64,000 bases of DNA from an uncultured delta proteobacterium (GCA_963804165.1 CAWDPO010000038.1:22079-86078), one strand, 5' to 3'. Shown: positions 10,091-20,853, counted from the stretch's first letter. Notes: generated from the sequence alone by a model not told the origin. Program-made: numbers and translations.

Positions 10091-10336
10091 ATGGCGAAGG
10101 AAACAGAATTTTTCGATATTCGGTACAAGGAAGGCTCTTTGGATCCCAAGACCGCGGAGTTCATCAAATTCGCGGTCAATCTCGCCATCGGCCACGAGCA
10201 CGGCGCGAAGCTCCATTTAGACCGGGCGCGCAAATGTGGCGCCAGCGAAGACGAAGTGACGGAAGCCGTGGTTTACGCCGTACGGCCGGTGGCGGCTAAA
10301 GTGCGCAATTTTGCCAAGGCGATCATCGCGAAATAG
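10091..10336 (+). CDS. Small AhpD/carboxymuconolactone decarboxylase (CMD)-family protein
   Basis: GSLDPKTAEFIKFAV...LHLDRARKCGASEDEVTEAV pattern; AAGGAG RBS; CxxC replaced by HEHG. Confidence 0.8.
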   Translation: MAKETEFFDIRYKEGSLDPKTAEFIKFAVNLAIGHEHGAKLHLDRARKCGASEDEVTEAVVYAVRPVAAKVRNFAKAIIAK

Positions 10337-10371
10337 CGTGGTAAAGGCGCAACGAAAGTAAAACAGACGCC

Positions 10372-10546
10372 TCACCACGAAGGTCACGAAGAGCACGAAG
10401 GGTTCGGATGGTTCACCGTGGAGACGCTGAGGACGCGGAGAGTTTGAAGATTCATAACTTCTGTACACTGTGTGTCGCTGCGGTGAAAACTGATTTTGAT
10501 GTATGCAGGCTCCTAACCTTCGTGTCCTTCGTGCGCTTCGTGGTGA
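10372..10546. repeat. Nested palindromic intergenic elements (REP/MITE-like)
   Basis: Outer arms TCACCACGAAGGTCACGAAGAGCACGAAGG / CCTTCGTGTCCTTCGTGCGCTTCGTGGTGA; inner arms 10412-10442 / 10458-10487. Confidence 0.8.
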
Positions 10547-10578
10547 ATAATATTTAGGACGAATCGAGTAGAGCAATT

Positions 10579-11433
10579 ATGAACCCGTGGACGATCGACG
10601 TTAACGAAGAAAATTTCGAAGCGGAAGTGTTGGAGCGCTCAACTCAAGTTCCAGTTCTGGTGGATTTCTGGGCTGAGTGGTGCGGGCCGTGCAAAGTTCT
10701 GGGGCCCGTGCTCGAGAAACTCGCCGGCGAATACGCCGGCGAATTCATTATTGCAAAGGTCAATGTCGATGAAAACCAGGGCTTGGCGGGCGCCTTCGGC
10801 ATCCAAGGCATCCCGGCGGTGAAACTGTTCAAGGACGGTGAGCTGGCGTCGGAATTTACCGGCGCGTTGCCGGAGCCGATGCTGCGCGAGTTCTTGTCAA
10901 AGTTTTTACCGACGGCGGCGGATAAACAGGTGCAGGAAGCTCAGGCTCTCGAAAATGACGGCAAGACCGATGAAGCGAAAGCGCTTTACCAGGAGATTCT
11001 CGCCGCCGATCCAAACCACGTCAAAGCGCTGCTCGGGCTCGGACGTCTGGCGCTGAACGAAGGCGACGCCGCTGCCGCAATGGAGTATCTTGACAAAATA
11101 CCGATCGTCGCCGACGAGCGTAAAGAAGCCGATCGGCTGATCGCGCGGCTCAGTCTCCAGAGCGGCGCGGCCGAAAATGAAGCGGCGTTGCGCGAAAAGG
11201 TAAAAGCGGAACCGAACAATATTGCGGCGCGATTCGAGTTGGCCCAGGCGCTGGCGGCCACGGAAAAATACGATGAGGCGCTAAAAGAGTTTCTCACTGT
11301 CGTCAAGACCGATCGCGCGTTCCAAGACGACGGCGCGCGCAAAGCGATGATTCAGATCTTCGAAGTGCTCGGTTCTGAGGATCCTCTGACCGACAAATAT
11401 CGCTCGGAGCTTGCGGCGGCGCTGTTTCGTTAA
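10579..11433 (+). CDS. Thioredoxin-TPR protein (YbbN/CnoX-like)
   Basis: VDFWAEWCGPCK thioredoxin motif, helical TPR C-terminus ending YRSELAAALF. Confidence 0.92.
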   Translation: MNPWTIDVNEENFEAEVLERSTQVPVLVDFWAEWCGPCKVLGPVLEKLAGEYAGEFIIAKVNVDENQGLAGAFGIQGIPAVKLFKDGELASEFTGALPEPMLREFLSKFLPTAADKQVQEAQALENDGKTDEAKALYQEILAADPNHVKALLGLGRLALNEGDAAAAMEYLDKIPIVADERKEADRLIARLSLQSGAAENEAALREKVKAEPNNIAARFELAQALAATEKYDEALKEFLTVVKTDRAFQDDGARKAMIQIFEVLGSEDPLTDKYRSELAAALFR

Positions 11434-11450
11434 CCGGATCGGAGAGTATG

Positions 11451-11533
11451 CACCGCAGAGGCGCTGAGGACGCAGAGTAAAGAGTTTTGACTAGAATTAC
11501 TCCGAACTCTGCGAACTCCGTACCTCTGCGGTG
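11451..11533. repeat. Palindromic intergenic element (CACCGCAGAG...CTCTGCGGTG)
   Basis: Arms CACCGCAGAGGCGCTGAGGACGCAGAG / CTCTGCGAACTCCGTACCTCTGCGGTG; same family as the inner element at 10412. Confidence 0.8.
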
Positions 11534-11555
11534 GGAGCCTGGCGCAGAAGGCAGA

Positions 11556-12023
11556 ATGAGTATGATCACTTTGGCACAATCGAATCGCATCATCGAGGCG
11601 ATCTTCGCCCGCGGTCGCGAATTGAGCTGTCGTCCGCTCAGCGTCATCGTCGTCGAGCCCGGAGCAAAAGTTAAAGCATTTCAGAAAGAAGACGACTCGG
11701 CCATGATGCGATTCGAGATGGCCTACGGTAAAGCGTACGCCGCGCTGGCCCTGGGACGTTCGTCATCACTCGTGCGCATGCGCACGGAAGAGCGACCGCT
11801 GTTTATGCAGTATTTGATCCGTGCCTCCGACGACCAGATTTTTCCCGAAGGCGGCGGCATGCTGATCCGGGACCAGCACGGCGAGTTGCTCGGCGCCGTC
11901 GGGGTCACCGGCGATACCCAGGAACGTGACGAGGAGCTTGCCGCTCACGGCATCCGCGCCGCCGGACTCAAGACCGACGAAGACTGCGCGAATCTGGGAA
12001 CGAAAGTGCGGTTGGAGAATTAA
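11556..12023 (+). CDS. GlcG/HbpS family heme-binding protein
   Basis: AYGKAYAALA, GGGMLIRD..G.LLGAVGVTG, DEELAAHGI motifs. Confidence 0.88.
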   Translation: MSMITLAQSNRIIEAIFARGRELSCRPLSVIVVEPGAKVKAFQKEDDSAMMRFEMAYGKAYAALALGRSSSLVRMRTEERPLFMQYLIRASDDQIFPEGGGMLIRDQHGELLGAVGVTGDTQERDEELAAHGIRAAGLKTDEDCANLGTKVRLEN

Positions 12024-12035
12024 AACTTCAAACCC

Positions 12036-12103
12036 GGGGGATTGGAGTAGTGGAGTAATGCTTCCGGCCAATACTCCAGCATTCCAGTACTCCAGCACTC
12101 CAT
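12036..12103. repeat. Inverted octamer arrays (GGAGTART / AGYACTCC) between convergent genes
   Basis: GGGGGATT GGAGTAGT GGAGTAAT ... AATACTCC AGCATTCC AGTACTCC AGCACTCC. Confidence 0.75.
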
Positions 12104-12109
12104 TCTCTC

Positions 12110-13820
12110 TCACGCAATCCATTCCGACACCGGCGCTTTGGCTTCGTGCAGCGGCTGGCATACGATGTCGACCAGACTCGGTCCGCCGTGCGCGAGCGCT
12201 TCATTCAATGCCTTACCCAATTCGCTCGGCTCGGTGACGCGCCAGCTTTTGACGCCGAACGCCGCAGCGACGGCGGCGTGATCCGTAACGGCGAAATCCA
12301 CGGCGAAATAGCGCTGGCCGTAACCTGAGCTTTTGTCCCGCTTTGATCCAGCCGTAGCTCGCGTTCGAAATCACAATAAAAGTAATCGGCAGCGCGATAG
12401 CGCGCCGCGGTCTCCAGCTCGCCGCAGGTAAAACCGAAACTGCCGTCGCCCATGACCGACACGCACTTGACTTCCGGCTGCGCGAAATGCGCGCCCATCG
12501 CCGCCGCCATCGAGTAACCGAGCGCGCCGTGAGCGCGGTTGGAGAATAACCCGCTGCCGGTGCCGCGCACTTGATAATAAGCGGAAAAATACGGGCAGGG
12601 CGTGCCGGCGTCGGCGACCACGATGGCGTCGGCATCGAGGCGTGCGTGCAAGCTCCGCGACCACGCGCTCCGGTTTGATCGGCGGCTCGGTCGGACTCGG
12701 CGAGGGCTTGGAACTTGGCGAATTTCTGTTCTTTGGCGATTCCACTCGCGACGCGTCCAGCGGCCGGTGCGTGCCTGCCAGCGCTTCATTCAACATTCTC
12801 AGTCCGACCTTGGCATCGCCGATCAGCGGCACAGTCCACCGGATAATTGGCCCCGGGCACCGCCGGGTCGACGTCGAGATGAATTACTTTGATTCTTCCC
12901 CGGTACAGGATGGCGCCAGCGTTCGGTGGTTACGGAGCCGGCACGGCAGCCGATGAAGAAGACCACATCGGCCTGATCGACCATCGCGCGCGTTTCCGGC
13001 GTGCCGCCATTGGAGCCGACAACGCCGATCGCCAGCGGGTGGTCTTCGCCGATCGAACCTTTGCCGCTGATCGTCGTCGCCACCGATGCCGAGAGCCGCT
13101 CCGCGAGCTCGAGGAGCTCGCCCTCGGCCTCGGAAAGCATCACGCCCGCCGCCGCAGATGAAAACCGCGCTGGCGGCATCACGCAGCACGGCGGCGGCGC
13201 GCTCGACGAAATCACGCATCGGGCGCGACGCGTTCGGCCGGATAGCGGCCGAATCTCGCATCGCCCCAGATTTCGGATTTATTGACCGAACCGTTTTGCA
13301 CGTCGAAGGGCAGGGCGATATGCGCGGCGCCGGGCCGGCCGGTGGTGATTTGTTTGAACGCGGCGCGAAAAATGCGCGGCAGATCCTCGGCGCGGTCGAG
13401 CACCGCGTTCCACTTCGTTACCGGACGCATGAGCGCGCCTTGATCGAGCTCGGTGAGCGTGTAGCGGCCGCGCGCGGCGACGGAAATGTCGGAGTTGATG
13501 CAAAGCAGTGGTACTGAAGACTCGTTGGCTTCAGCAAGACCCGGCAGAATATAAGTCACGCCGCCGCCGCTCGGGCCTTCGCACACGCCGACCTTGCCGG
13601 AGACGCGCGCGTAGCCGTCCGCCATGTAAGCGGCCGAGCGCTCGTCGCGCGCGAGGATGTGGCGCATGCCGTGCGGCAGCCGCGCCAGCGCGTCGTAAAA
13701 CGGCAGGCTGGTATCGCCGCAAAGTCCGAAGAGGATCTCGACGCCGTGGGCTTTGAACATTTCCACCGCGGCTTCGGCGCCGGTGAGTGTCGAGAGTTTC
13801 GATTCAGCAGCTTCACTCAT
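12110..13820 (-). CDS. Thiamine-diphosphate-dependent enzyme (acetolactate synthase large-subunit-like), several frameshifts
   Basis: ARDERSAAYMADGYAR, GRPGAAHIALPFD and GDGSFG motifs across consecutive fragments. Confidence 0.85.
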
Positions 13821-13954
13821 GATTCTTTTCGGCCTCTCTGCCCGGGGTCGCAGCGACCAAACGACAATCGCCGCCGAGGGCTTCAGCAATTTTCTCGATC
13901 GTATTATGATGAAGGCGGTGAATACAATCTGATCGTTCGCTTCGATGGTCTTCT

Positions 13955-16922
13955 ATGATGACTCCGTCCGCCGATTCCACTGAACAAGCCGTGCAGGCCC
14001 TGGCGCGCGCGCTTTACCGGAAAGCGGCCGAGCATAAGCCGTCCCTTTTCGAGGCCAAGGACTTGCTCGGCCGGATGATCGACTGGTCGTCTCGAGGACG
14101 AGTCGCTGCGCGTCGCCTTGTTTCGTTTCGTCGACGTGCTGCCGAGCCTGGAATCGTCGGCCGAGATCGGCCGTCACCTGGAAGAATACTTCGCACGCGT
14201 CGACCATGCCCTGAGCGGTCTGGCTTTTCTCGCTCAGGCGCTGCACGCTGGAACCCTCGTTGCACCCGTCGTACGGCGCAATGTCGTGAAGCTGGCGCGC
14301 CGCTTCATCGCCGAAGAAAGCGGCGATCATCTAATCACAGTGCTGACCGGCCTAAGAAAGGAACCCGCCGCGTTCACGCTGGATGTCGTCGGCGAAGCGA
14401 CCGTGAGCGACGCGGAAGCGAGCGCAATGCAACAGCGCTATCTCGAGCTCTTGCGCCGGCTGGCGAAAGCCAGTGCGGCCTGGCCGCCGTGCGCCCAGAT
14501 CGATGACTCCCCTAACGGCAGCATCCCACGGATCAATCTTTCGGTGAAGCTATCTTCACTGTGCGCGCGCTTCGATCCGCTGGATCCAAATACGGAAAGG
14601 GTCGTGCGCGAAAGATTGCGCGAGCTGTTTCGCGAAGCCGCCAAACTCGGCGCGGCCGTGACCGTCGACATGGAACAGTACGCCTTCAAGGATTTAACCC
14701 TGGAAATATTCCGCGGCGTATTGGCAGAAGAAGAATTTCACGCCGCGCCGCACGCCGCGGTTGCCCTGCAAGCGTATCTGAGAGACGCCGCGAGCGACGT
14801 TAGCGACTTGATTCGCTGGGCGCGCCGGCAAAAGCGGCGCATCGGCGTGCGCCTCGTGAAAGGCGCCTATTGGGACAGCGAGATCGCCTGGGCCCAACAA
14901 AAAGGCTGGCCGATACCGGTTTTCTTGGAGAAAGCGGAGACCGACGCGAGCTACGAGCGATTATCGAAGCTGTTGCTCCAGGGCCACGACGTGATCGATG
15001 CCGCATTCGGCAGCCACAACCTGCGCAGCCTGGCCCATGCCGTTGTCGCGGCGAAAGCGCTGGGCATTCCGCCCAACGGCTATGAAATCCAAATGCTCTA
15101 CGGCATGGCCGAGCCGGTGCGCCAGGCGATGATTCAAAACGGCCAGCGAGTGCGCGTCTACTTGCCGGTGGGCGAGTTGCTGCCGGGGATTTCCTATCTC
15201 ATCCGCCGGCTCATGGAAAACACTTCCAATACTTCGTTTCTTCGGCAGACCTATGCCGACAAAAAAGACATCGCAAGTTTGATCAAGGCGCCGTCGGCGG
15301 CAATTGGACCGACGACAAATGCAGCCGTGCCTACGCCGTTGCAATCGAGTCAGTCGAACCCCTTCCGCAACGAACCGCCGATCGATTTTTCGCGGCGGGA
15401 AAACCGCGAGCGCTTCGCCGAGACCCTCGAAAAAGTGCGCGCCGAATTCAAGCATAACGGCAAAAGGCGCAGCAGCGGTCAATGGCTCGAATCGGTCAAT
15501 CCGGCAAACCCCAAAGAGATCGTCGGGCGAGTTCCCGTCGCGGGCATCGAAGAAACGGAAGAAGCGATCGAAACGGCGACGCGTTTCTTTCCCAAGTGGC
15601 GCGACACGCCGGTGCCGGAGCGCGCCAAGATTCTTTTCCACGCGGCTGAAGTCATGCGCCAAAAACGTTGGGAGCTTGCGGCGTGGGAAGTTTTCGAAGT
15701 CGGCAAGGGATGGCGCGAGGCGGACGCCGATGTCATCGAAGCGATCGATTATCTGGAATACTACGCGCGTGAGATGCTGCGTTTGGGTGAGACGCGCGAA
15801 ACCCAGACTTTGGCCAGTGAAGCCAACACCTATTTCTACGAGCCGCGCGGCATCGCTGCGATCATCGCGCCGTGGAATTTTCCATTGGCCATCCTTACCG
15901 GCATGACGGCCGCGGCGCTCGTCACCGGAAATTGCGCGCTGATGAAGCCGGCGGAGCAGTCGCCGATCATGGCGGTGCATCTGCTCGACATCCTGCGCGA
16001 GGCGGGGTTGCCTAACGACGCCTGCCAGCTGCTCCAAGGCGGCGGCGAGATCGGCGCGCATCTCGTGCGCTCACCGCGGATTCATTTGATTGCGTTCACC
16101 GGCTCGCGGGACGTGGGTTTGGAAATTCTGCGCGAAGCCTATACCCACCGACCCGGGCAGCGGCACGTGAAACGGGTGGTGTGCGAGATGGGCGGAAAGA
16201 ACGCCGTGATCGTCGACAACGACGCCGATCTCGACGAAGCCGTATTTTATATCATCGACTCCGCCTTCGGTTACCAGGGGCAAAAATGCTCGGCGGCATC
16301 GCGGCTCATTTTGCTCGACGAGGTGCACGATCGTTTGCTCGCCCGCCTCGCGGAGGCGGTGCGCAGCCTGAAGGTCGGCCCGCCTGAAGATCCCCGCAAT
16401 GCCGTCGGCCCAGTGATCGACGGCGAAGCCAAAGCGCGGGTCGCCGAATACATTCTGCTGGGCAAGCAAGAAGGGAAATGCGTTGTAGCCATGAACGCGC
16501 CGAAGGAGGGGTTTTTCATCGGTCCGGTGATTTTCAGCGAAGTCGATCCTAAGAGTCGGCTCGCCCAAGAGGAGATTTTCGGGCCCGTGCTCGCGGTCAT
16601 GCGCGCGCATGATTTCGAACATGCCCTGGAGATCGCAAACGACTCCGCCTTCGCCTTGACCGGCGGAATTTTTTCCCGCTCGCCGGCGCATATCGAAAAA
16701 GCGCGCAAGGAGTTTCGCGTCGGCAACCTCTATATTAATCGCGGCATCACCGGCGCGGTCGTAGAACGCCAGCCGTTCGGTGGGCTCAAACTCTCCGGGA
16801 TCGGATCGAAAGCGGGCGGCCCAGATTATTTGCTGCAATTTATCGAGCCGCGCACCGTTTCCGAAAACACTCTGCGCCATGGATTCGTGCCGCCGGAGGG
16901 CTTAAAAAATTCGGGGAAGTAG
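13955..16922 (+). CDS. putA: Bifunctional proline dehydrogenase / P5C dehydrogenase (one frameshift near 14091)
   Basis: VDMEQY, VRLVKGAYWD, FGSHN, YLIRRLMENTSN; ALDH motifs PWNFP, EMGGKN, GQKCSA, KAGGPDYL. Confidence 0.95.
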
Positions 16923-16923
16923 G

Positions 16924-16961
16924 CGTTCAAATCGTTCAAGCCGTTCAAAACGTTCAAATCG
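16924..16961. repeat. 9-mer tandem repeat CGTTCAARN x4
   Basis: CGTTCAAAT CGTTCAAGC CGTTCAAAA CGTTCAAAT fills the spacer after putA. Confidence 0.85.
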
Positions 16962-17957
16962 ATGAACCGAGACTCGAATGCAAAACCGCGCTGCGTTGTT
17001 TCGGAATCGACCTACCACGCGCCGTGGTGGTTGCCGGGTAGACATCTGCAAACGATTTACGCACGCGCCCTGGGACGAAACTATTCGGTTCGCTACCGCC
17101 GGGAGCGCTGGGAAACGCCTGATGGCGACTTCATCGATCTCGATTGGCTTGACGACGTTCCGCAGAGCTCAGCCTTAGTGGTACTTTTTCATGGCTTGGA
17201 AGGCTGCTCGCAAAGCCATTACGCGATCAGCCTGATGGCGGCGCTTGCCCGGGAAGGATGGGCCGGCGTGGTGCCGCATTTTCGCGGCTGCAGCGGCGAA
17301 GCAAATCGACTCAGGCGCTCGTATCATTCGGGTGATTCGCGCGAGATTGATTGGATTCTCCGGCGCACCAAACGCGCGAACCCGCGGCAGCCAATTTACG
17401 TCGTCGGCGTATCGCTCGGCGGCAACATGCTTTTGAAATGGCTCGGCGAAGAAGGCGAGGCCGCATTGGCTATCGTCGAACGCGCGGTTGCGGTGTCGAC
17501 GCCGATGGATCTTGGGGCCGCCGCCGCGGGACTCGATTGCGGTCTTAAGAGACTTATTTACACGAGTCACTTTCTTAGATACCTAAAACCGATGGCGCTG
17601 GCAAAGATCGCGCTGCACGGATTAGCGATCGATGCGCGCGCGATACGCGCCAGTCTGACGTTCCGTCAGTTCGATGATCTCTTCACGGCGCCGATTCATG
17701 GTTTCAAAGACGCCAGTGATTACTGGACGCGCGCAAGCAGCAAGCCCTGGCTAAAAAAAATCACCGTGCCGACGTTGCTCATCAACGCGCGGAACGATCC
17801 GTTTTTGCCGAGCGATGCCTTGCCCGATTCAACTGAAGTTTCCAGTTCCGTCATTTTGGATTTCCCCGCGACCGGCGGCCATGTCGGTTTCGTCTCGGGA
17901 AGATTTCCCGGCAACTTTGATTGGCTGCCGAATCGGATCGTGAAGTTCTTTCGGTAG
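16962..17957 (+). CDS. YheT-like alpha/beta hydrolase
   Basis: FHGLEG, GVSLGG nucleophile elbow, NARNDPF, GGHVGF. Confidence 0.9.
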   Translation: MNRDSNAKPRCVVSESTYHAPWWLPGRHLQTIYARALGRNYSVRYRRERWETPDGDFIDLDWLDDVPQSSALVVLFHGLEGCSQSHYAISLMAALAREGWAGVVPHFRGCSGEANRLRRSYHSGDSREIDWILRRTKRANPRQPIYVVGVSLGGNMLLKWLGEEGEAALAIVERAVAVSTPMDLGAAAAGLDCGLKRLIYTSHFLRYLKPMALAKIALHGLAIDARAIRASLTFRQFDDLFTAPIHGFKDASDYWTRASSKPWLKKITVPTLLINARNDPFLPSDALPDSTEVSSSVILDFPATGGHVGFVSGRFPGNFDWLPNRIVKFFR

Positions 17958-17964
17958 CGAGGTT

Positions 17965-18903
17965 TTACGGCGTGAAAACTTCGTTCACCGACGAGAACGT
18001 CGCACCGGGTTGAGGGCCGCCGGCGATGACGTAGATCGACTGGCCGAGAACGGCGGCGCCGAGGCCGTGGCGCGCCGTCGGCATCGCTGCCCAGCGTTGC
18101 CATTTGTCGCTCGCTGGATCGTAAGATTCGACATCCCGGCGCGTGGCGCGATTGGACTCGCCGCCAAAAACGAAAACTTTGCCGTCCAGCACGGCGGCGG
18201 CGACGCCGCTGCGCACGGTGGGGATGGCGGCGCGCGACTGCCAGCGGTTCGTCTTGGGGTCGTATTCTTCGTTGTTTGGGATGCTGCGGTCATGATTGCC
18301 GTCGATGCGGCCGGCGATGGCGTAGAGCTTGCCGTTGACCCCACCGATCGCATGATGGTCTCGCGGTGTCGGCAAGGGCGCGCGCTTGGTCCAACGGTCC
18401 AGAGCGGGATCATACTCCTCGTTAGCGTCGGTATTCTTGCCGTTGATGCCGACGCCGCCGATTGCGTAGATCTTTCCGTCAACGATTCCGACCGCGAGCG
18501 CGCCGCGCGCAGTCGGCATGGATTGTTTCGCGCTCCAGCGATCCACTGCTGGATCGTATTCATAGATCGTGGACACCGAACCAACGCCGGTCATGTAGCC
18601 GCCAATCAGGTAAATCCTGCCATTGACGGCGGCGGCACCGATGTGATGCAGGGGTTTGGGCAAGGAAGCACGACGGCGCCAGGAGTTTTTTGCCGCTTCG
18701 TATTCCTCAAGCAAGTCACCGTTCTTGACATAACCGCCCATGAGATAGATTTTGCCGTTTAGCTCCGTGGCTGCCACTTCACTGCGCGGTGCTGACGCGG
18801 CCGCCCGACCTTGCCATTTGCCCGGCAATTCCGCCCCGGTGCCAGATCCGACGAGGAAGAGGCCCTGCAAAGTGAGAACAACGGTCAGGATTTTCGCTCG
18901 CAT
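17965..18903 (-). CDS. Secreted Kelch-repeat beta-propeller protein
   Basis: Signal peptide; six repeats of G.IY..GG...YDP...W....P..R. Confidence 0.9.
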   Translation of the reverse strand: MRAKILTVVLTLQGLFLVGSGTGAELPGKWQGRAAASAPRSEVAATELNGKIYLMGGYVKNGDLLEEYEAAKNSWRRRASLPKPLHHIGAAAVNGRIYLIGGYMTGVGSVSTIYEYDPAVDRWSAKQSMPTARGALAVGIVDGKIYAIGGVGINGKNTDANEEYDPALDRWTKRAPLPTPRDHHAIGGVNGKLYAIAGRIDGNHDRSIPNNEEYDPKTNRWQSRAAIPTVRSGVAAAVLDGKVFVFGGESNRATRRDVESYDPASDKWQRWAAMPTARHGLGAAVLGQSIYVIAGGPQPGATFSSVNEVFTP

Positions 18904-18990
18904 GAAGGCTCTCGGTAAAGACGGGCGCTGATCAGTTAGCAGCGTATGGCAGAGATCTGGCTAGCGAACGCTGTCAAGCGCTCACGAAAC

Positions 18991-19734
18991 TCATGACGGA
19001 TAGGGGTCTTCCAGCGCGTTCTGTTCCATGAGGGCATGCAGGTCGACCATTGTGTAGGCGCAATATTTGGGATCGTAGCCGAGCTTTTTGGCGGTTTTGC
19101 CTTGCTCGATGATACGCTGCAGGATCATGCGATTGAGCGGGCCGTGGCCCATGCGGTCTTCATGCTGCACCAAATCGGCTTCGGCATGGGCGGTGAAGTA
19201 AATCGCTTTTTGCTTGCTCATGCCATAATGATTGACGAGTGCTTCGCCCCATTGCTTCGCCCAATGGCCGAGAGTTTCTTCGTAAACATGCGCTCCCCAG
19301 AGCTCAATGATGGATCCATCTTGAAAAACCCGCCGGCAATAGTCGCTGATCGCCCGGCCGGGGGCGGAAGCGGGTTGCTCGAAGAGTTCTTCTTTGGAAA
19401 GGCCCAGCGCATTCGCCGTCTCGAGCAAAATTAAAATGTGACCGGGCGGCTTTGGCGCGATCAACTCTTCGGCAATCTTGTCGGAAAACGCCGGTAATAA
19501 ATCATAATTATCGACGAAGAAGGGCAGATGAACATAATAGGAGACCGCGTTGAGCGCCACGACTTCGATGGAAAACAGGCCCCAGTCCTTGAAGAAACGG
19601 CGCACGCAGGGCAGCGGCAACGTGCCGGCGCGCAATTGCGTCATAAAGGCGCCGTGATTGATCTTTTTATTCCAGTGCGCGTAGACGTCTCGGTATAGAT
19701 TATCGACGAATGCTTTGGCGTCGGCTGATTCCAT
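18991..19734 (-). CDS. Heme-oxygenase-like fold, TenA/PqqC/CADD-like iron-containing redox protein
   Basis: AEEL...GH, YEE and YFTAHAEAD..H spacing resembles CADD/PqqC ligands; start uncertain (19734 or upstream to 19845). Confidence 0.7.
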   Translation of the reverse strand: MESADAKAFVDNLYRDVYAHWNKKINHGAFMTQLRAGTLPLPCVRRFFKDWGLFSIEVVALNAVSYYVHLPFFVDNYDLLPAFSDKIAEELIAPKPPGHILILLETANALGLSKEELFEQPASAPGRAISDYCRRVFQDGSIIELWGAHVYEETLGHWAKQWGEALVNHYGMSKQKAIYFTAHAEADLVQHEDRMGHGPLNRMILQRIIEQGKTAKKLGYDPKYCAYTMVDLHALMEQNALEDPYPS

Positions 19735-19873
19735 TGAGTGCTTCGTTTTCGTGGAGTTGCTCGCGGCTGGATCGCTTTTCTCAGCTTTTACGCGGAGTGA
19801 TTTTCCTGTATTGTTAATACCTAAAATAATCTTGGTGTCAATCATATGGCATTTGGCGTCAGCGGAGGAACCG

Positions 19874-20531
19874 ATGGATGCTCTGAAACCGGATGAATTT
19901 TTGAACCGATTGATCGCGACTCGAGAGGCGTTCTGGGAACAAATGAACGCCGAGCGCAGGAGCTACGGCGCCGAAAAGCCCCTGAGCTCGGCCGTGGTCT
20001 TGCGTCGCTTGCAGTTCGGCGTCGTCATGGAGCGCAAGGCTGCTGAGGTCACCGCGCCGTGGGTCGGCAAAATCCCCGATATCGACCTGCAACAGCCGAT
20101 GTCGGAATACGTGGTTAACGAGCTTAAACACGCTTCGATCTTACGCAAGAGGATCAGTGAGCTTAATGGCGATCCCGACATGTTGTGGAATCATCCATTG
20201 AAGGAACTCAAGGAGCTTTGGGATTTTCACGCATCGCTTGGGATCGCTGTGCGAGCTGATCGCCAGCGTTCAGTTCGGCCATGAAGAGTTCTTCCCGAGA
20301 ACCTCGAAATCATTCATCGAGCGGGTCACGCCCGTCGATCCGCAGACCGCTGCGATTTATCGCGATACCCTGCTCGCCGATGAAGAGGGTCATGAGTGGA
20401 TCGCTCCGGAAATACTTACGCGCTACGCCAACGATATGGCGACGCAGCAAAAATGTTTGGACGCCTTGAAAAAAGGTTGCGAGCTGTTTGGCAAGGCAAT
20501 TCAGAGCTTTAATCAGAGTCTGCCAGCGTAG
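19874..20531 (+). CDS. Ferritin-like diiron-carboxylate protein (one frameshift near 20240)
   Basis: GGAGGA RBS; E...NELKH and E...DEEGH motifs in consecutive ORFs joined by removing one G. Confidence 0.7.
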
Positions 20532-20616
20532 AATTTGGGCGTGGAGTCCGGCAGTTCTGGGCTATTGGATTGCAGCGGGTGAAGCTGAGGATGTCTAGCA
20601 GCGCGCGATCGGCGCC

Positions 20617-20799
20617 TCAGTGCTTTGGCTCGATCCTTTTCCCGTAAGTCACCTCGCCCTTGTCGATGCGGATGGAGAATCCACAGTCTGGGTTGGTGCA
20701 CGCCCACGCCTTATACATCACTGATGCTCCCTCCTGACCGTAATCCGATAGAGGAATCAACAGGCCATTGTTGCATTTCTGGCATTTCGGCAGGTCCAT
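20617..20799 (-). CDS. Small zinc-ribbon protein
   Basis: 60 aa, CQKC...CTNPDC; strong AAGGAGG RBS. Confidence 0.8.
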   Translation of the reverse strand: MDLPKCQKCNNGLLIPLSDYGQEGASVMYKAWACTNPDCGFSIRIDKGEVTYGKRIEPKH

Positions 20800-20853
20800 C
20801 TCCGCTCCTCCTTACCGCTTGGTCACCCAAGAGCGGCACCAAGCACCATATAA

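Noticed and set aside
10372-12103. Short repeat clusters as a CRISPR array
   Set aside because: Units are 7-9 nt, tandem or inverted, with no repeat-spacer pattern and no cas genes.
14961-16880. Long antisense ORFs opposite putA (likewise opposite pyrG, kdsA and glmU)
   Set aside because: Overlap well-supported genes and carry no recognisable motifs; expected in GC-rich coding DNA.
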